The notes under the pieces: generated by a model
Databases searched by the model: none
Told to the model about the DNA's origin: nothing
What the model saw: the letters and a program-made list of their open reading frames with translations, nothing else
Assembly: GCA_963733035.1 (NCBI GenBank)
Contig: CAVTBU010000002.1
Span: 27,273-91,272 of the forward strand
Direction of reading: 5' to 3'
From: Pirellulales bacterium
Lineage (GTDB): Bacteria; Planctomycetota; Planctomycetia; Pirellulales; PALSA-1355
DNA length: 64,000 bases
In this document: piece after piece, positions 51,829-61,163 of the stretch
Layout: the number at the start of each line of letters is the position of its first letter
Position numbering within the stretch: position 1 is the first letter of the stretch
Made by a program: the position numbers and the translations under genes

Positions 51829-52380
51829 TCACTTGGAAAAATGCGCCGCGGCTTTGAGAATCAGAAGTGCGCTGGGCGAGTGCGAAATTCGTCCATCAAG
51901 CGCCATCTCCACGGCTTCCGCCAACGGCAGCTTGCGGCAACGAATCTGCTCGGTCCCCTCTTGCGTGGCCGGACCAAAGCACAGACCCTGCGCTAGAAAC
52001 AATCGCGTTGGCGAAGTGACGACCGAAGTGAATGGATCGCAAACGCCCAGGTCGGACCATCGGCTGGCCGTGATGCCAAGCTCTTCCTGCAACTCCCGGC
52101 GGGCCGTTTGTTCGGGCGACTCGCCGTCGTCGATGCCACCGCTGACCGCTTCGAGCGTTGTACGCCCTACGGCGTAGTGAAATTCCTCGGTCAGGTAGGC
52201 AACTTGCTCATCGTCCACCGCCAGCACCGACACCCCCGCTTTTAAGCGCACGATACAATGTGAGCCAGGCTGTCCGTCGGGACGAATGACCTCGTCGCGC
52301 GTCACGTCGATCCACGGGTCGCGGTAAACTTCGCGGCGTGCGAGGATTTGCCACGGACCATGTTGTTGGGGCAGGTTCAT
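51829..52380 (-). CDS. NUDIX hydrolase (ADP-ribose pyrophosphatase-like)
   Basis: Nudix box GGIDDGESPEQTARRELQEELG; EGTEQI. Confidence 0.9.
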   Translation of the reverse strand: MNLPQQHGPWQILARREVYRDPWIDVTRDEVIRPDGQPGSHCIVRLKAGVSVLAVDDEQVAYLTEEFHYAVGRTTLEAVSGGIDDGESPEQTARRELQEELGITASRWSDLGVCDPFTSVVTSPTRLFLAQGLCFGPATQEGTEQIRCRKLPLAEAVEMALDGRISHSPSALLILKAAAHFSK

Positions 52381-52537
52381 GCCGAGTCATCTTAATCGCC
52401 TGCATTCGATGCGGCCAGCGGCCACAGATTTCGTTTGCACTGTTGCGCTCTGGCCTGGCTTCTATAATTCCGGCATCGGGATCGGCGGAACCCGTCGCGC
52501 GTTTGATGCACATTACCCCCGACCAAGGAGTCCGATC

Positions 52538-52972
52538 ATGCCAACACGCAACGCGAGTGCAAAGTGGGAAGGCGACCTGAGGAGCGGCAAAGGCTCGATG
52601 AAATTGGGCAGTGGCGCCTACGAAGGACAGTATTCGTTTTCCTCGCGGTTCGAAAATGGCACCGGTACCAACCCCGAGGAGTTGATTGCCGCCGCTCATG
52701 CCGGCTGTTTCACGATGGCCTTTTCGAACGGCCTGTCGCAGGCCGGCCACGTGCCCACCAAGGTCGAGACGACCGCCAAGGTGCACCTGGAAAAGACCGA
52801 CGCCGGCTTTGGCATCCCGCGCATCGATCTGGTGACGACGGCCATCGTGCCGGGAATCGACGCGGCAAAGTTTCAGGAACTAGCGCAAACGGCCAAGCAG
52901 AACTGTCCGGTTTCCAAACTATTGGCGGCCGCCGAAATCACGCTCGATGCCAAACTGGAAGGTAGCGCGTAG
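52538..52972 (+). CDS. osmC: OsmC family peroxiredoxin
   Basis: AKWEG...GKG, FSSRFE, TNPEELIAAAHAGCF and AKQNCPVS motifs; AAGGAG RBS; TATAAT at 52463-52468. Confidence 0.93.
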   Translation: MPTRNASAKWEGDLRSGKGSMKLGSGAYEGQYSFSSRFENGTGTNPEELIAAAHAGCFTMAFSNGLSQAGHVPTKVETTAKVHLEKTDAGFGIPRIDLVTTAIVPGIDAAKFQELAQTAKQNCPVSKLLAAAEITLDAKLEGSA

Positions 52973-53086
52973 CGACCTGCTGAATGCGCGGCGACTAGCC
53001 GGCAGCGTGGCGTTGCGGACGTCGGGGGCAGCCGATATAAAGGCCCTGACGTTCCCGCTCCGTTCGCCCGCTATGTTGCCCATCAA

Positions 53087-54655
53087 GTGAATGCGCCCGC
53101 CCCCGATTCCGGCGTTCCTCATTGGCTGCGCTTGCCGTGGGATCGCTTGGGGATGGTGCTCGGGCCGGCAGCGATGGCCGCGTGGTTGACGTTCGGGACA
53201 ACCGTCGACATTTCACCCGAGGCACACCGTTTAAGCGGCGTACTCCTGCTCGTCATCATTTGGTGGGTCACCGAGCCCATCCCGATTCCGGCGACGGGGC
53301 TCTTGGGCGTGGCTCTGGCGGTTGTGTTTGGTGCGGTGCCGGTCCCCGAGGAAGGGTCTTCGGGGCTGAGCCCGGTAAAGATCGCGCTGGCTCCCTTTGG
53401 CAGCCCAACGTTGTTTTTTTTGCTGGGCGGGATGTTCATCGGTCGCGCGATGAGCCGGCACGGCCTCGATCGCCGCATTGCCCTGGGACTGTTGAGCGCG
53501 CGTGGCGCGGTTCATTCGCCCGCGGCCCTGTTGGCGGCGATTGGCCTGACGGTTGCCGTGCTATCCATGTGGATCTCGAACACGGCGGCCACGGCGATGA
53601 TCTATCCGGTGACGCTCGGCATCATCTCCGTGCTGGCCACGAGCCAGGGGCCTGACGGCGAAAACTTTGCCCACGGTCGCTACGCTTCGGCACTATTGTT
53701 GATGACGGCCTATGCGTCGAGCGTCGGGGGCATTGCCACGCCAATTGGCACCACCACCAATGTGGTGGCGATGGGGTACTTTCGCGAAGAAGCTTTCTTC
53801 GGTCGTTCGGTCGACTTCGGCCGCTGGGCGCTCGTCGGCCTGCCGATGACGCTTGCGCTGGGCCTGACGCTGCTAGTATGGCTGCGGCTGTTGGCGCCGC
53901 CCGGCAAACTCGACTTGACCGCCGTGCGCGACTACTTGCGCGGCGAGCGAGCCAAGCTCGCCGCCTGGTCGGCCGGCGAACGCAACACGCTGGCCGTATT
54001 CCTGGCGGTCGTCACTTTGTGGTTGGCACCCAGCGTCTCTTCACTATTGGGCGCTCGCGAAGTGGCGGCATTTCTGCGTGCGCACTTCCCGGAGGAAATT
54101 GTGGCACTGCTCGCGCCGGCGATGCTATTTTTGCTGCCCGTCGATTGGCGGCGGAGAAAGTTCTCGCTCGAGCCAGCTGATTTCGGGCGCATTGACTGGG
54201 GAACGCTAATGCTATTCGGTTCCGGTCTGGCGCTCGGCAACCTGATGGTCAAGACCGGATTGGTGGGCTCGATTGCCGACAGTATCTTCGCTTGGCTCGG
54301 AACGGCAGACGTGTGGTTGATCACCGCCGCGGCAATTGTAGGCGGTATCGTGTTGAGCGAGTTCACCAGCAACGCGGCCGCGGCCACGGCGCTCATCCCG
54401 GTGGTGCTGGCCATCTGCAAACAGGCGGGAGTCGATGAGATTCCGCCGCTGTTGGGAGTAACGTTTGCCGCCAGCTTTGGTTCGGCGCTGCCCGTGTCGA
54501 CGCCCCCCAACGCCATTGTCTACGGTTCCGGCGTGCTTCCTCCCCGGCGGATGATACTGGCGGGCCTCGGTTTTGACGCCGCCTGCGGCGTGGTGATCTG
54601 GATCGTACTGCGCGCCGCGTTTTCGCTGGGCTGGTCGCCGTTTCCGGCGGCGTGA
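53087..54655 (+). CDS. SLC13/DASS family anion:sodium symporter
   Basis: WWVTEPIP, SMWISNTA, TPIGTTTN, SEFTSN and LPVSTPPNAIVYG motifs; many TM helices. Confidence 0.92.
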   Translation: MNAPAPDSGVPHWLRLPWDRLGMVLGPAAMAAWLTFGTTVDISPEAHRLSGVLLLVIIWWVTEPIPIPATGLLGVALAVVFGAVPVPEEGSSGLSPVKIALAPFGSPTLFFLLGGMFIGRAMSRHGLDRRIALGLLSARGAVHSPAALLAAIGLTVAVLSMWISNTAATAMIYPVTLGIISVLATSQGPDGENFAHGRYASALLLMTAYASSVGGIATPIGTTTNVVAMGYFREEAFFGRSVDFGRWALVGLPMTLALGLTLLVWLRLLAPPGKLDLTAVRDYLRGERAKLAAWSAGERNTLAVFLAVVTLWLAPSVSSLLGAREVAAFLRAHFPEEIVALLAPAMLFLLPVDWRRRKFSLEPADFGRIDWGTLMLFGSGLALGNLMVKTGLVGSIADSIFAWLGTADVWLITAAAIVGGIVLSEFTSNAAAATALIPVVLAICKQAGVDEIPPLLGVTFAASFGSALPVSTPPNAIVYGSGVLPPRRMILAGLGFDAACGVVIWIVLRAAFSLGWSPFPAA

Positions 54656-54664
54656 TCGCCGCCG

Positions 54665-54931
54665 CTACTGGTCCTTACGCTTGAGTTTGCTTTCGTTGTT
54701 CTTGATGAATGCGCGGACTTCGTCGGCAAAATCGAGCAGCCGCCCCCATTGCTCCATATAGAGCGTGACGGGCATTCGCTGCAGTCCGTAAACACTGACG
54801 GCCCCCTTCTCGCTCACTTTGCAGTACAGGCTGCCGCGTTTGGATGTTTCCAGTTCCGCCAGCATTTTCGAGGCTTCGTCTACCGCCAGTTCACCGGCAG
54901 CGAGCTTCGAAAGAATTTCTTCTTTCTTCAT
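54665..54931 (-). CDS. 88-aa hypothetical protein with a SHOCT-like N-terminal hairpin and a possible PC4-like C-terminal domain
   Basis: GGAG RBS; EEILSKLAAGELAVDEASKML and KVSEKGAVSVYGLQRMPVTLYMEQWGRLL. Confidence 0.85.
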   Translation of the reverse strand: MKKEEILSKLAAGELAVDEASKMLAELETSKRGSLYCKVSEKGAVSVYGLQRMPVTLYMEQWGRLLDFADEVRAFIKNNESKLKRKDQ

Positions 54932-54956
54932 CGACGTTCGAGCTCCAAATGTTCGG

Positions 54957-56322
54957 TTAGGCCACGCGGGCGTTTACCCGCCGCAACATCGGACTGACTT
55001 GCTGGCCCGGCGCAAATCCGCTCGCCGGGCGATAAGCCAACTGCACGTCGATGTTTTCCCACAAAACCAGGTTGTCGGCAATCCGGGTCATCGCCCGAAT
55101 GTCGCCGTCTTGCGAAACGACGAAGCCCAGCGCCGGGCTTGTCGAAACAGTAGCGCATCATCGCGCGGTGCCGCGTGCCGAATTGTGTCAACTCGCCGGG
55201 CCGCATCAGCTTCGGGTTGGCATGGGAGTCGCGCGCGATGGAAATGTCCGACAGCAGGTTATCGGTTCGCACCTCGACGCCGAAGCCGTGCACGACCATC
55301 CGCCGGTCGAGCAGCACGAATCCGTCGACACACGACAGCGAGGCGATGAACCGCACGGCACCCAGCACTTCCTTCATCCGCTCGACCAGTTCGCGGTCGA
55401 GCACGTTTTCGCCCTCGAGCGAGTACGGCAAAATGGCCTCGGTCGTCTCTTCCAGCGCTAGGCTGTTCGGCGAGGAAATCGACGCCAGCAGTTGGTTTTC
55501 GACCATCCCCCGCAACGACTTGAGCAGGCGGTCGTAACGGATCTTGTATTTGACGTTCAGGCCGTCGAGATTCTGCTGCGGCGTGATCAATAGCCCACCG
55601 CCGTGGCGATAGCGCTGGATGTTCATCAGGATGCGGCAGATGGCGTTGATCCACCGCATCAACAACTCGGCCTCGAGCCTCTCGGACGTGATCGGCTCGG
55701 GGCGCTTGCCCGCCGTGTCGACAAGGTAGCCCCGCAGGTAGTTGACGAGCAGCTCGTGGACCGGGCCAGCCCACAACACGTCGTGGTACTCTTCGACCAG
55801 CGTGTTCTGTTCCAGGCTGCCGACCAGCGAATCGTTCTGATAAACCGAAATATTGCCGACGGCGGTGATCGTGGCCTGAAACAGTCCCGGTCGGGCCGGC
55901 GTGACACTGGCGCTAAGCGTGATGAACTCGCTGTGCCGCGGCTCCTGGTCGACCATGCCCCAAATAAACAGTTTGTTCCGCTTGTCGCGATAGACCGCCA
56001 GCGACGACACCGCCGGATCGGCCGCGCGGGCCAGCTTGGCCAGCGTGCGAACGTCGAAGGGTAGCGGGCGCTCGAACGGCACATGGCTCCAGCAATCGGC
56101 CGGTCGCCGTCCGCCCGCGGCCAATTGTCCCTCCTCGGGATCGACGTAGTTGACCGTGCACAGAATGGGCCGTCCCTCGTCGGTTTTGAGGCTGGCGAAG
56201 TACAGCGTTTCCAACAGCCGCGTCAGCACCGCCTCGGGTGGCGCAGCGCCGTGCTGGCTGCGCAGCCGCGTGGCTACCAGCTTCGCCAGATGCGAGGGAT
56301 ATTGCGTCGTCCGTTCCGTCAT
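54957..56322 (-). CDS. Soluble diadenylate cyclase (DisA_N/DAC domain) with an N-terminal putative sensor region (DACNV-like), frameshifted near 55131
   Basis: VDGFVLLD (DGA motif variant) and GTRHRA (RHR motif). The shifted frame continues LGFVVSQDGDIRAM...WENIDVQL to TAA at 54957-54959. N-terminal FASLKTDEGR...LAKLARA...IWG and HGGGLLI motifs. Confidence 0.82.
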
Positions 56323-56531
56323 CCGCTGTCGTCCAACGGTGCCGCCAGAAAAAGTCGAGAGGAGGGCGAAGGACTATCGTAAAACCGCCACGGCAGGTCA
56401 AGTGCGATATCGCAGCTAGCACTCCCTCGCAGACGTGAATCCCACGGACCGTGATATATGAGCCGCTGCCAGGTTCGCTATACTCCCCCGGGTGAGGTTT
56501 CACGCTGCCTGAATCGAAGGAGAAATCGAAG

Positions 56532-56969
56532 ATGCAACTCGCGAAAATCGTCGGCGCTATCTGCCTGGCGCTGGCATTTGTGGGATCGCTGTTGGCCAGC
56601 GCGCCCGCTGGAGAACAACCGAAGTACGCGGCCCCAAATCCGTACCAACCAACTCCGCCAGCGCCGTACGCGCCGCCGGTGCAACCGTACGCAGCTCCGG
56701 TCGCACCCGCATATCCTAGCGCGCCAAATCCTCTCCCGTCTCAGGTTGGCCGCTACCAGGCAGTCGTTGTTGACGCCGAGCTTTGGATCCTCGATACGGC
56801 GACGGGTTTATGCGCCCAAAATCGGCCGAGCGGCTGGTACCTACAGGACCCGTTCAGCCAACCCACTCCGCCCGTCGCCTCCGAAGCACAGCCGGTACCG
56901 GCCGAAGCTCCCCACGAACAGCGCACGAGCCGCAAGCAAGCGCCAAACGTGCTGGAGGGTCGTCGTTAA
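56532..56969 (+). CDS. Secreted Pro-rich hypothetical protein
   Basis: AAGGAG RBS, signal peptide, PY[A/Q]xP repeats, GRYQ...ILDTATG core. Confidence 0.75.
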   Translation: MQLAKIVGAICLALAFVGSLLASAPAGEQPKYAAPNPYQPTPPAPYAPPVQPYAAPVAPAYPSAPNPLPSQVGRYQAVVVDAELWILDTATGLCAQNRPSGWYLQDPFSQPTPPVASEAQPVPAEAPHEQRTSRKQAPNVLEGRR

Positions 56970-57146
56970 CGGCGGTAGGCGCGTGACGGCACGCAGCTGA
57001 AGAGTCGATTGCCTTCACAATTTCTCCCGCGCTTGCATTGCGCGCCTCGCTGGCTAGTCTTTACTACCAGGCGGACGTGCCACTTCGCGCTCCTCCTGAT
57101 TCTCATCCCCCTGCCTTCTGACTTCATCCTTCGCCCGGAGCCGCAG

Positions 57147-58268
57147 ATGCGAAGCCCTTCACAACATCCGCTGTTGTTGTCATTGATCCTCTTGTCGGTT
57201 GTCGCCACCGCGGCTGCCCAAGAAGCTCCCTCGCGACGTGAACACACCGAGCAGGTCGAATTCGCCGAACCCATTCCCCTGCTCACCGCCAATGGCCGAT
57301 TGGCGGCTTGGGGTTGGGCTCGTCGGGCGAACATGCAGTACGATCGCGCCGCGATTCCAGCGGCACGGCAGGGACGCGTCAAGGAGTGGGAGCACTACAC
57401 GATCATGTCGCCGAAGTTCACCGTGGGAATCACGATCGTGCAGCTTGGGCCGCTGGTGATTGGCAGTGCCGAGCTGATCGACTATCAGGGGCAGTCGATC
57501 AAGAATGCGATGTTCATGAGCACAACCAAGAAGGACAAAGCCGTGCTACCGGCTGATCCCTACGGTCAGACCCGCTTGGCTCGCGGTGCCGACTTCATCA
57601 CGCTGGCCTTCTCCGGCAAAGAGCGGCACATCGAGTGCAGTTTTGCCAAGACGGCCGTGGCCGTGCCGTTCACTGCCAACATTTCGCTGGCCGACGACCC
57701 AAGCCACGACAGCGTGGCGATCACGCGGCCGTTTGCGGGCGAGGGTGAATTCTTTTACGAGAACAAGATTTTCGGCATGCCCGCCAGTGGCTCGGTAACG
57801 GTCGAGGGTAAAACCTACGAGCTACCGACGGGCAATGCCTGGGCGATCTATGACTGGGGGCGTGGCATCTGGCCTGTCGAGTCGTCCTGGTTTTGGGGGC
57901 AGGCCGCCGGCAAAGTCGGCGAGAAACAAGTGGCGATCAATCTCGGCCATGGCTACGGCGACGACTCGCACGGCACGTGCAACGCAATCCTCGTCGACGG
58001 CCGCCTACACAAGCTCGACATCGTCGACTGCCAGTTCGACGAGTCCGATCGCATGCAGCCCTGGCAATTTACGAGCAATGACCATCGACTCACGCTGACC
58101 TTCCGCCCCATCTACCAGCAGCATAGCAATCAAGATATCGGCTTCGCCCGCGCCGAGCTGTACAAGATCCACGGCTACTACAGCGGCACACTCGTGCTGG
58201 ACGACGGCACAAGGCTCGAGGTGAAAGATTTGCTGGGCTTCGCGGAGCACATGAAGCAGCGGTGGTAG
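57147..58268 (+). CDS. DUF2804 domain protein
   Basis: GWAR, RVKEWEHY, FFYENK, DWGRGIWP...WFW, NLGHGYGD and DGRLHKL motifs; signal peptide. Confidence 0.85.
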   Translation: MRSPSQHPLLLSLILLSVVATAAAQEAPSRREHTEQVEFAEPIPLLTANGRLAAWGWARRANMQYDRAAIPAARQGRVKEWEHYTIMSPKFTVGITIVQLGPLVIGSAELIDYQGQSIKNAMFMSTTKKDKAVLPADPYGQTRLARGADFITLAFSGKERHIECSFAKTAVAVPFTANISLADDPSHDSVAITRPFAGEGEFFYENKIFGMPASGSVTVEGKTYELPTGNAWAIYDWGRGIWPVESSWFWGQAAGKVGEKQVAINLGHGYGDDSHGTCNAILVDGRLHKLDIVDCQFDESDRMQPWQFTSNDHRLTLTFRPIYQQHSNQDIGFARAELYKIHGYYSGTLVLDDGTRLEVKDLLGFAEHMKQRW

Positions 58269-58352
58269 GCGGCTTGTCACACGTCGGTGGCGTGGCCTCA
58301 CGATACGACACACTGCCCACGTAACCTGCTGCTTCTGGCGCCCCCCTTGCTC

Positions 58353-59066
58353 TCACTGCCGATCGAACTGCACCGGCTCTCTTCCTTGGTGGGTAAAGAG
58401 CTTGTTGAGCGTGTCGTCGTCGATCGTGTTGGGGACCAAAACGACTGACGCGTCTAGGAAAGCGGCCAGGAAGCCCTCGGCATTCTGGCCGCCCAGGCCG
58501 TCTTTTGGTTTCTGGGGGTCGAGCTCGTAATCGTCGGGCTTCGTCCAAATGACGGCCCGTGCGTCATCGACTTCCAAGAGTCCCAGCGTCTTCGACGTGC
58601 CGTCGATGATATCGCGGATGCGAACCGCCCGTTCGCCCGGGAAGGCGGTAGCCTTGCCGCGCGGCGTAAGGTACACCGTACGGCCGTCGTTGAGCTTGGA
58701 CAGCGGCGATTGGTAGACCTCCGGCATACGTTCAATCAGCTTCTTGTTATGCTCGCTGTCCCATGGCTCATCGAGGTGAAATTCGTTGTAAAGCTGCTGA
58801 ACTCGAGGATCTTCAAAAAGACGCAGAAGTGTCACGCGCCAGCTCAACAGCGGCTTGCCCTTTTCGGTCATGATGGCTGCCGGAAAAGCTTTCATCATGT
58901 CGTGATGGTTTTGCATGGCAATCATGATCCGCTTCATATTGTTCTGGCTCGCAACTAAGGCGGCTTCGCCGTCAAGTGGTTCCTCAGCCGCGGCGAGGGT
59001 CGCTGCCAATGCAAACGCAACGCCGAATGCCAAGAACAAACACGCCATTGCGATGCAACGATTCAT
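58353..59066 (-). CDS. DUF1559 domain protein without a prepilin motif
   Basis: NNMKRI.IAMQN.HD, LSWRV.LL, F.LDEPWDSEHN, DGTSKT, WTKPDD and F.D.SV motifs. Confidence 0.88.
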   Translation of the reverse strand: MNRCIAMACLFLAFGVAFALAATLAAAEEPLDGEAALVASQNNMKRIMIAMQNHHDMMKAFPAAIMTEKGKPLLSWRVTLLRLFEDPRVQQLYNEFHLDEPWDSEHNKKLIERMPEVYQSPLSKLNDGRTVYLTPRGKATAFPGERAVRIRDIIDGTSKTLGLLEVDDARAVIWTKPDDYELDPQKPKDGLGGQNAEGFLAAFLDASVVLVPNTIDDDTLNKLFTHQGREPVQFDRQ

Positions 59067-59077
59067 GGGAGTTCCCT

Positions 59078-59113
59078 CTGTTACCAGAACTGAGACTGCT
59101 ACCTGAACTCAGA
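59078..59113. repeat. 18-bp imperfect tandem direct repeat upstream of the DUF1559 gene
   Basis: ctgttaccagaactgaga / ctgctacctgaactcaga (15 of 18 identical). Confidence 0.65.
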
Positions 59114-59390
59114 CCAAGGACACGGGCCGCAAACGCATTCTACCTCGTTCGGGGTGGAAAGAAACGCCACACAGAGGAGCGGCGCTGACCCACCGTGTCG
59201 TCGTTATCGGCGACTCGAGTGGGCTGCACAAGTGTCCTGTCTTGCTAACAAGTCTTCGATTGGAACGCTCATCGCCGACATGGGCTACCGTTTCAGCATT
59301 TCCTGCCCTGCGAATTGGCGCATCTCTCAACAATCGCGCCCTATAATGGCGAAACGCCTCCTCGACACGCGAACCCGCCAGGTGACCCTC

Positions 59391-59786
59391 ATGACAGAAG
59401 AGCCATTTGTTCCGCTGAACCCGCTCGAGACCGCCTTGGTGGATGCGATGGAGGGGCGGATTGACACGCTTACCTTGCTGCAAACACTCGTGGGCAGCGA
59501 AGTGGCGATCCCCAGCGGCACCGAAGTGCAGCCCGACGGAACCGGTCTGAGTCCCGTGGTGTATGAGAAAGACGGCGTGAAGCTGATGGCGGTCTGCTCC
59601 GACGTCGAGCGGGCGAAACTCTTCGGCAAGAACGCCCCTTACCACTTGGTCATGTCGGGCCGCGACCTGCTCGATCGGTATCCGGACAATCTGGGCATGA
59701 TCGTCAACCCCGGCTGTTCGCGCGGCCTGGAAATCCTCCCCGAGGGCATCCCGGGCATCCGCCAGGACTTTTGCCGGCCGCAATAG
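59391..59786 (+). CDS. SseB family protein (N-terminal domain type)
   Basis: NPLETAL...LVGSEVAIP...P.......MAVCS....IVNPG pattern; TATAAT at 59342-59347. Confidence 0.75.
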   Translation: MTEEPFVPLNPLETALVDAMEGRIDTLTLLQTLVGSEVAIPSGTEVQPDGTGLSPVVYEKDGVKLMAVCSDVERAKLFGKNAPYHLVMSGRDLLDRYPDNLGMIVNPGCSRGLEILPEGIPGIRQDFCRPQ

Positions 59787-59893
59787 CCACCGGTCGAGGA
59801 GGAATTCCAAGTGCGGGCACGCGACGGATCACTCGCCGCGCCAATCGACGACAATAATCTGCGTCGGTATTGTCCGCGGCCGAAGTATGGTGG

Positions 59894-60916
59894 CTAGTTG
59901 CTCGAGTCGAGAATCTCGTTGCCATTCCGCGTCGACATGGTGCGCCAGGCCATGGTATCGATGTCGTCGGCGATCGCCCGAACCGAGCCGTCCATCATCA
60001 CGGCGTTGACGATGCCCGGGTGATGACTGCGCGAAGTAATGGCGGCATAGGTCGGATCAGTCAACGATCCCCCCTCTTTCATGCCGACGAAGTCCACGTC
60101 GTAGCTGAATCCGTTGTAAGTACAGGGGACTTCTGTATTGGGGGGAAAGGTCGCCGTGAACCCGGATTGCTGACACTTGCCGTCGCCCCACTCGGTATGT
60201 CCTTTGTTATCCGTGAGTTGGGGTCCCATTTTGGCGGAGCCACCGAGTGCGCAGATCTCCGCCGCCGCGTTTGGGATCGTAGCGGTCGCGGACGTGGAGC
60301 CGGAATAATACGGTTGCCAAGCTTTGACTTCCGCGGCCATGACCGTATGGCTCAGACCGTCGGTAAAGTTCGCCGCACGCAGTCGGCTGTTGGGAAAAAA
60401 TGCGCCCTGCGGCGCGCCTTTGTCCGCCGGGTCGAAAACAAGCCAGGGCCCCAGATTGGCGGCGTAGTTCATCGGATACGAGTTGATGCTGCCATCTGAC
60501 TTGAACCTGATCATGTCATTCATCTCCGACGGGCACAGAAAACTAGCCACCCGAATACTTTGAACGGGCCTACCGTCGGCCAGGGTCTGGTCCTCGTTGC
60601 TCGTCGACGTGAAATTGACGGCCAAAGAGGTCTCTTCCAAAAACGGCAGGATGCGGACCCAGGCCGACAAGCCGTTCGTATGGTCGCCGAGGACGCCATT
60701 CCACATTGTGCTTGGCGGAAACACCTTTCGGCTCCCTTCGAAATTGTGCATCGCCAAGCCCAACTGCTTGAGGTTGTTGGTGCAGCTCGAGCGGCGTGCC
60801 GACTCGCGAGCGGCCTGGACCGCCGGGAGCAAGAGTCCGACGAGGACGCCGATGATCGCGATGACAATCAGCAGTTCCACTAACGTAAATGCTTTTCTGC
60901 CAATGGACTTATGCAT
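59894..60916 (-). CDS. DUF1559 family prepilin-type (PulG-like) protein with H-X9-DG motif
   Basis: [52 protein letters not shown] and [16 protein letters not shown] motifs. Confidence 0.93.
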   Translation of the reverse strand: MHKSIGRKAFTLVELLIVIAIIGVLVGLLLPAVQAARESARRSSCTNNLKQLGLAMHNFEGSRKVFPPSTMWNGVLGDHTNGLSAWVRILPFLEETSLAVNFTSTSNEDQTLADGRPVQSIRVASFLCPSEMNDMIRFKSDGSINSYPMNYAANLGPWLVFDPADKGAPQGAFFPNSRLRAANFTDGLSHTVMAAEVKAWQPYYSGSTSATATIPNAAAEICALGGSAKMGPQLTDNKGHTEWGDGKCQQSGFTATFPPNTEVPCTYNGFSYDVDFVGMKEGGSLTDPTYAAITSRSHHPGIVNAVMMDGSVRAIADDIDTMAWRTMSTRNGNEILDSSN

Positions 60917-60957
60917 TGTTGTTCACCCCCGGTGGCCTCTCGGACGAGGTTTCATGC

Positions 60958-61012
60958 AATTGAGACTCAGTATCAATTTCACCCATGATACTGGGCTCAT
61001 TGGCCGTGTCAA
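60958..61012 (-). promoter_or_regulatory. Sigma70 promoter plus a Fur/Zur-like palindromic operator
   Basis: Minus strand TTGACA (61012-61007), N16, TATCAT (60990-60985); then the 21-bp near-perfect palindrome AATTGAGACTCAGTATCAATT (60958-60978) over the predicted start site. Confidence 0.75.
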
Positions 61013-61163
61013 TGCCCTTGGGCAGCCCCGCTCACGAGTTCCTCGGCACGCCGGCAAAGCGACCCGTGCACACCGAGGTTGACGTCCGGCTCCGTGCCGC
61101 CAAGATCATTGGACGGGGGGCGAAGTACCTTTAACTTTTTGTCCAGCGGCTCGGGAGGTGGCC

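Noticed and set aside
54928..55130. C-terminal tail GLRRFARRRH... of the ORF-track DAC protein
   Set aside because: An out-of-frame artefact; the conserved VVSQDG strand is in the adjacent frame.
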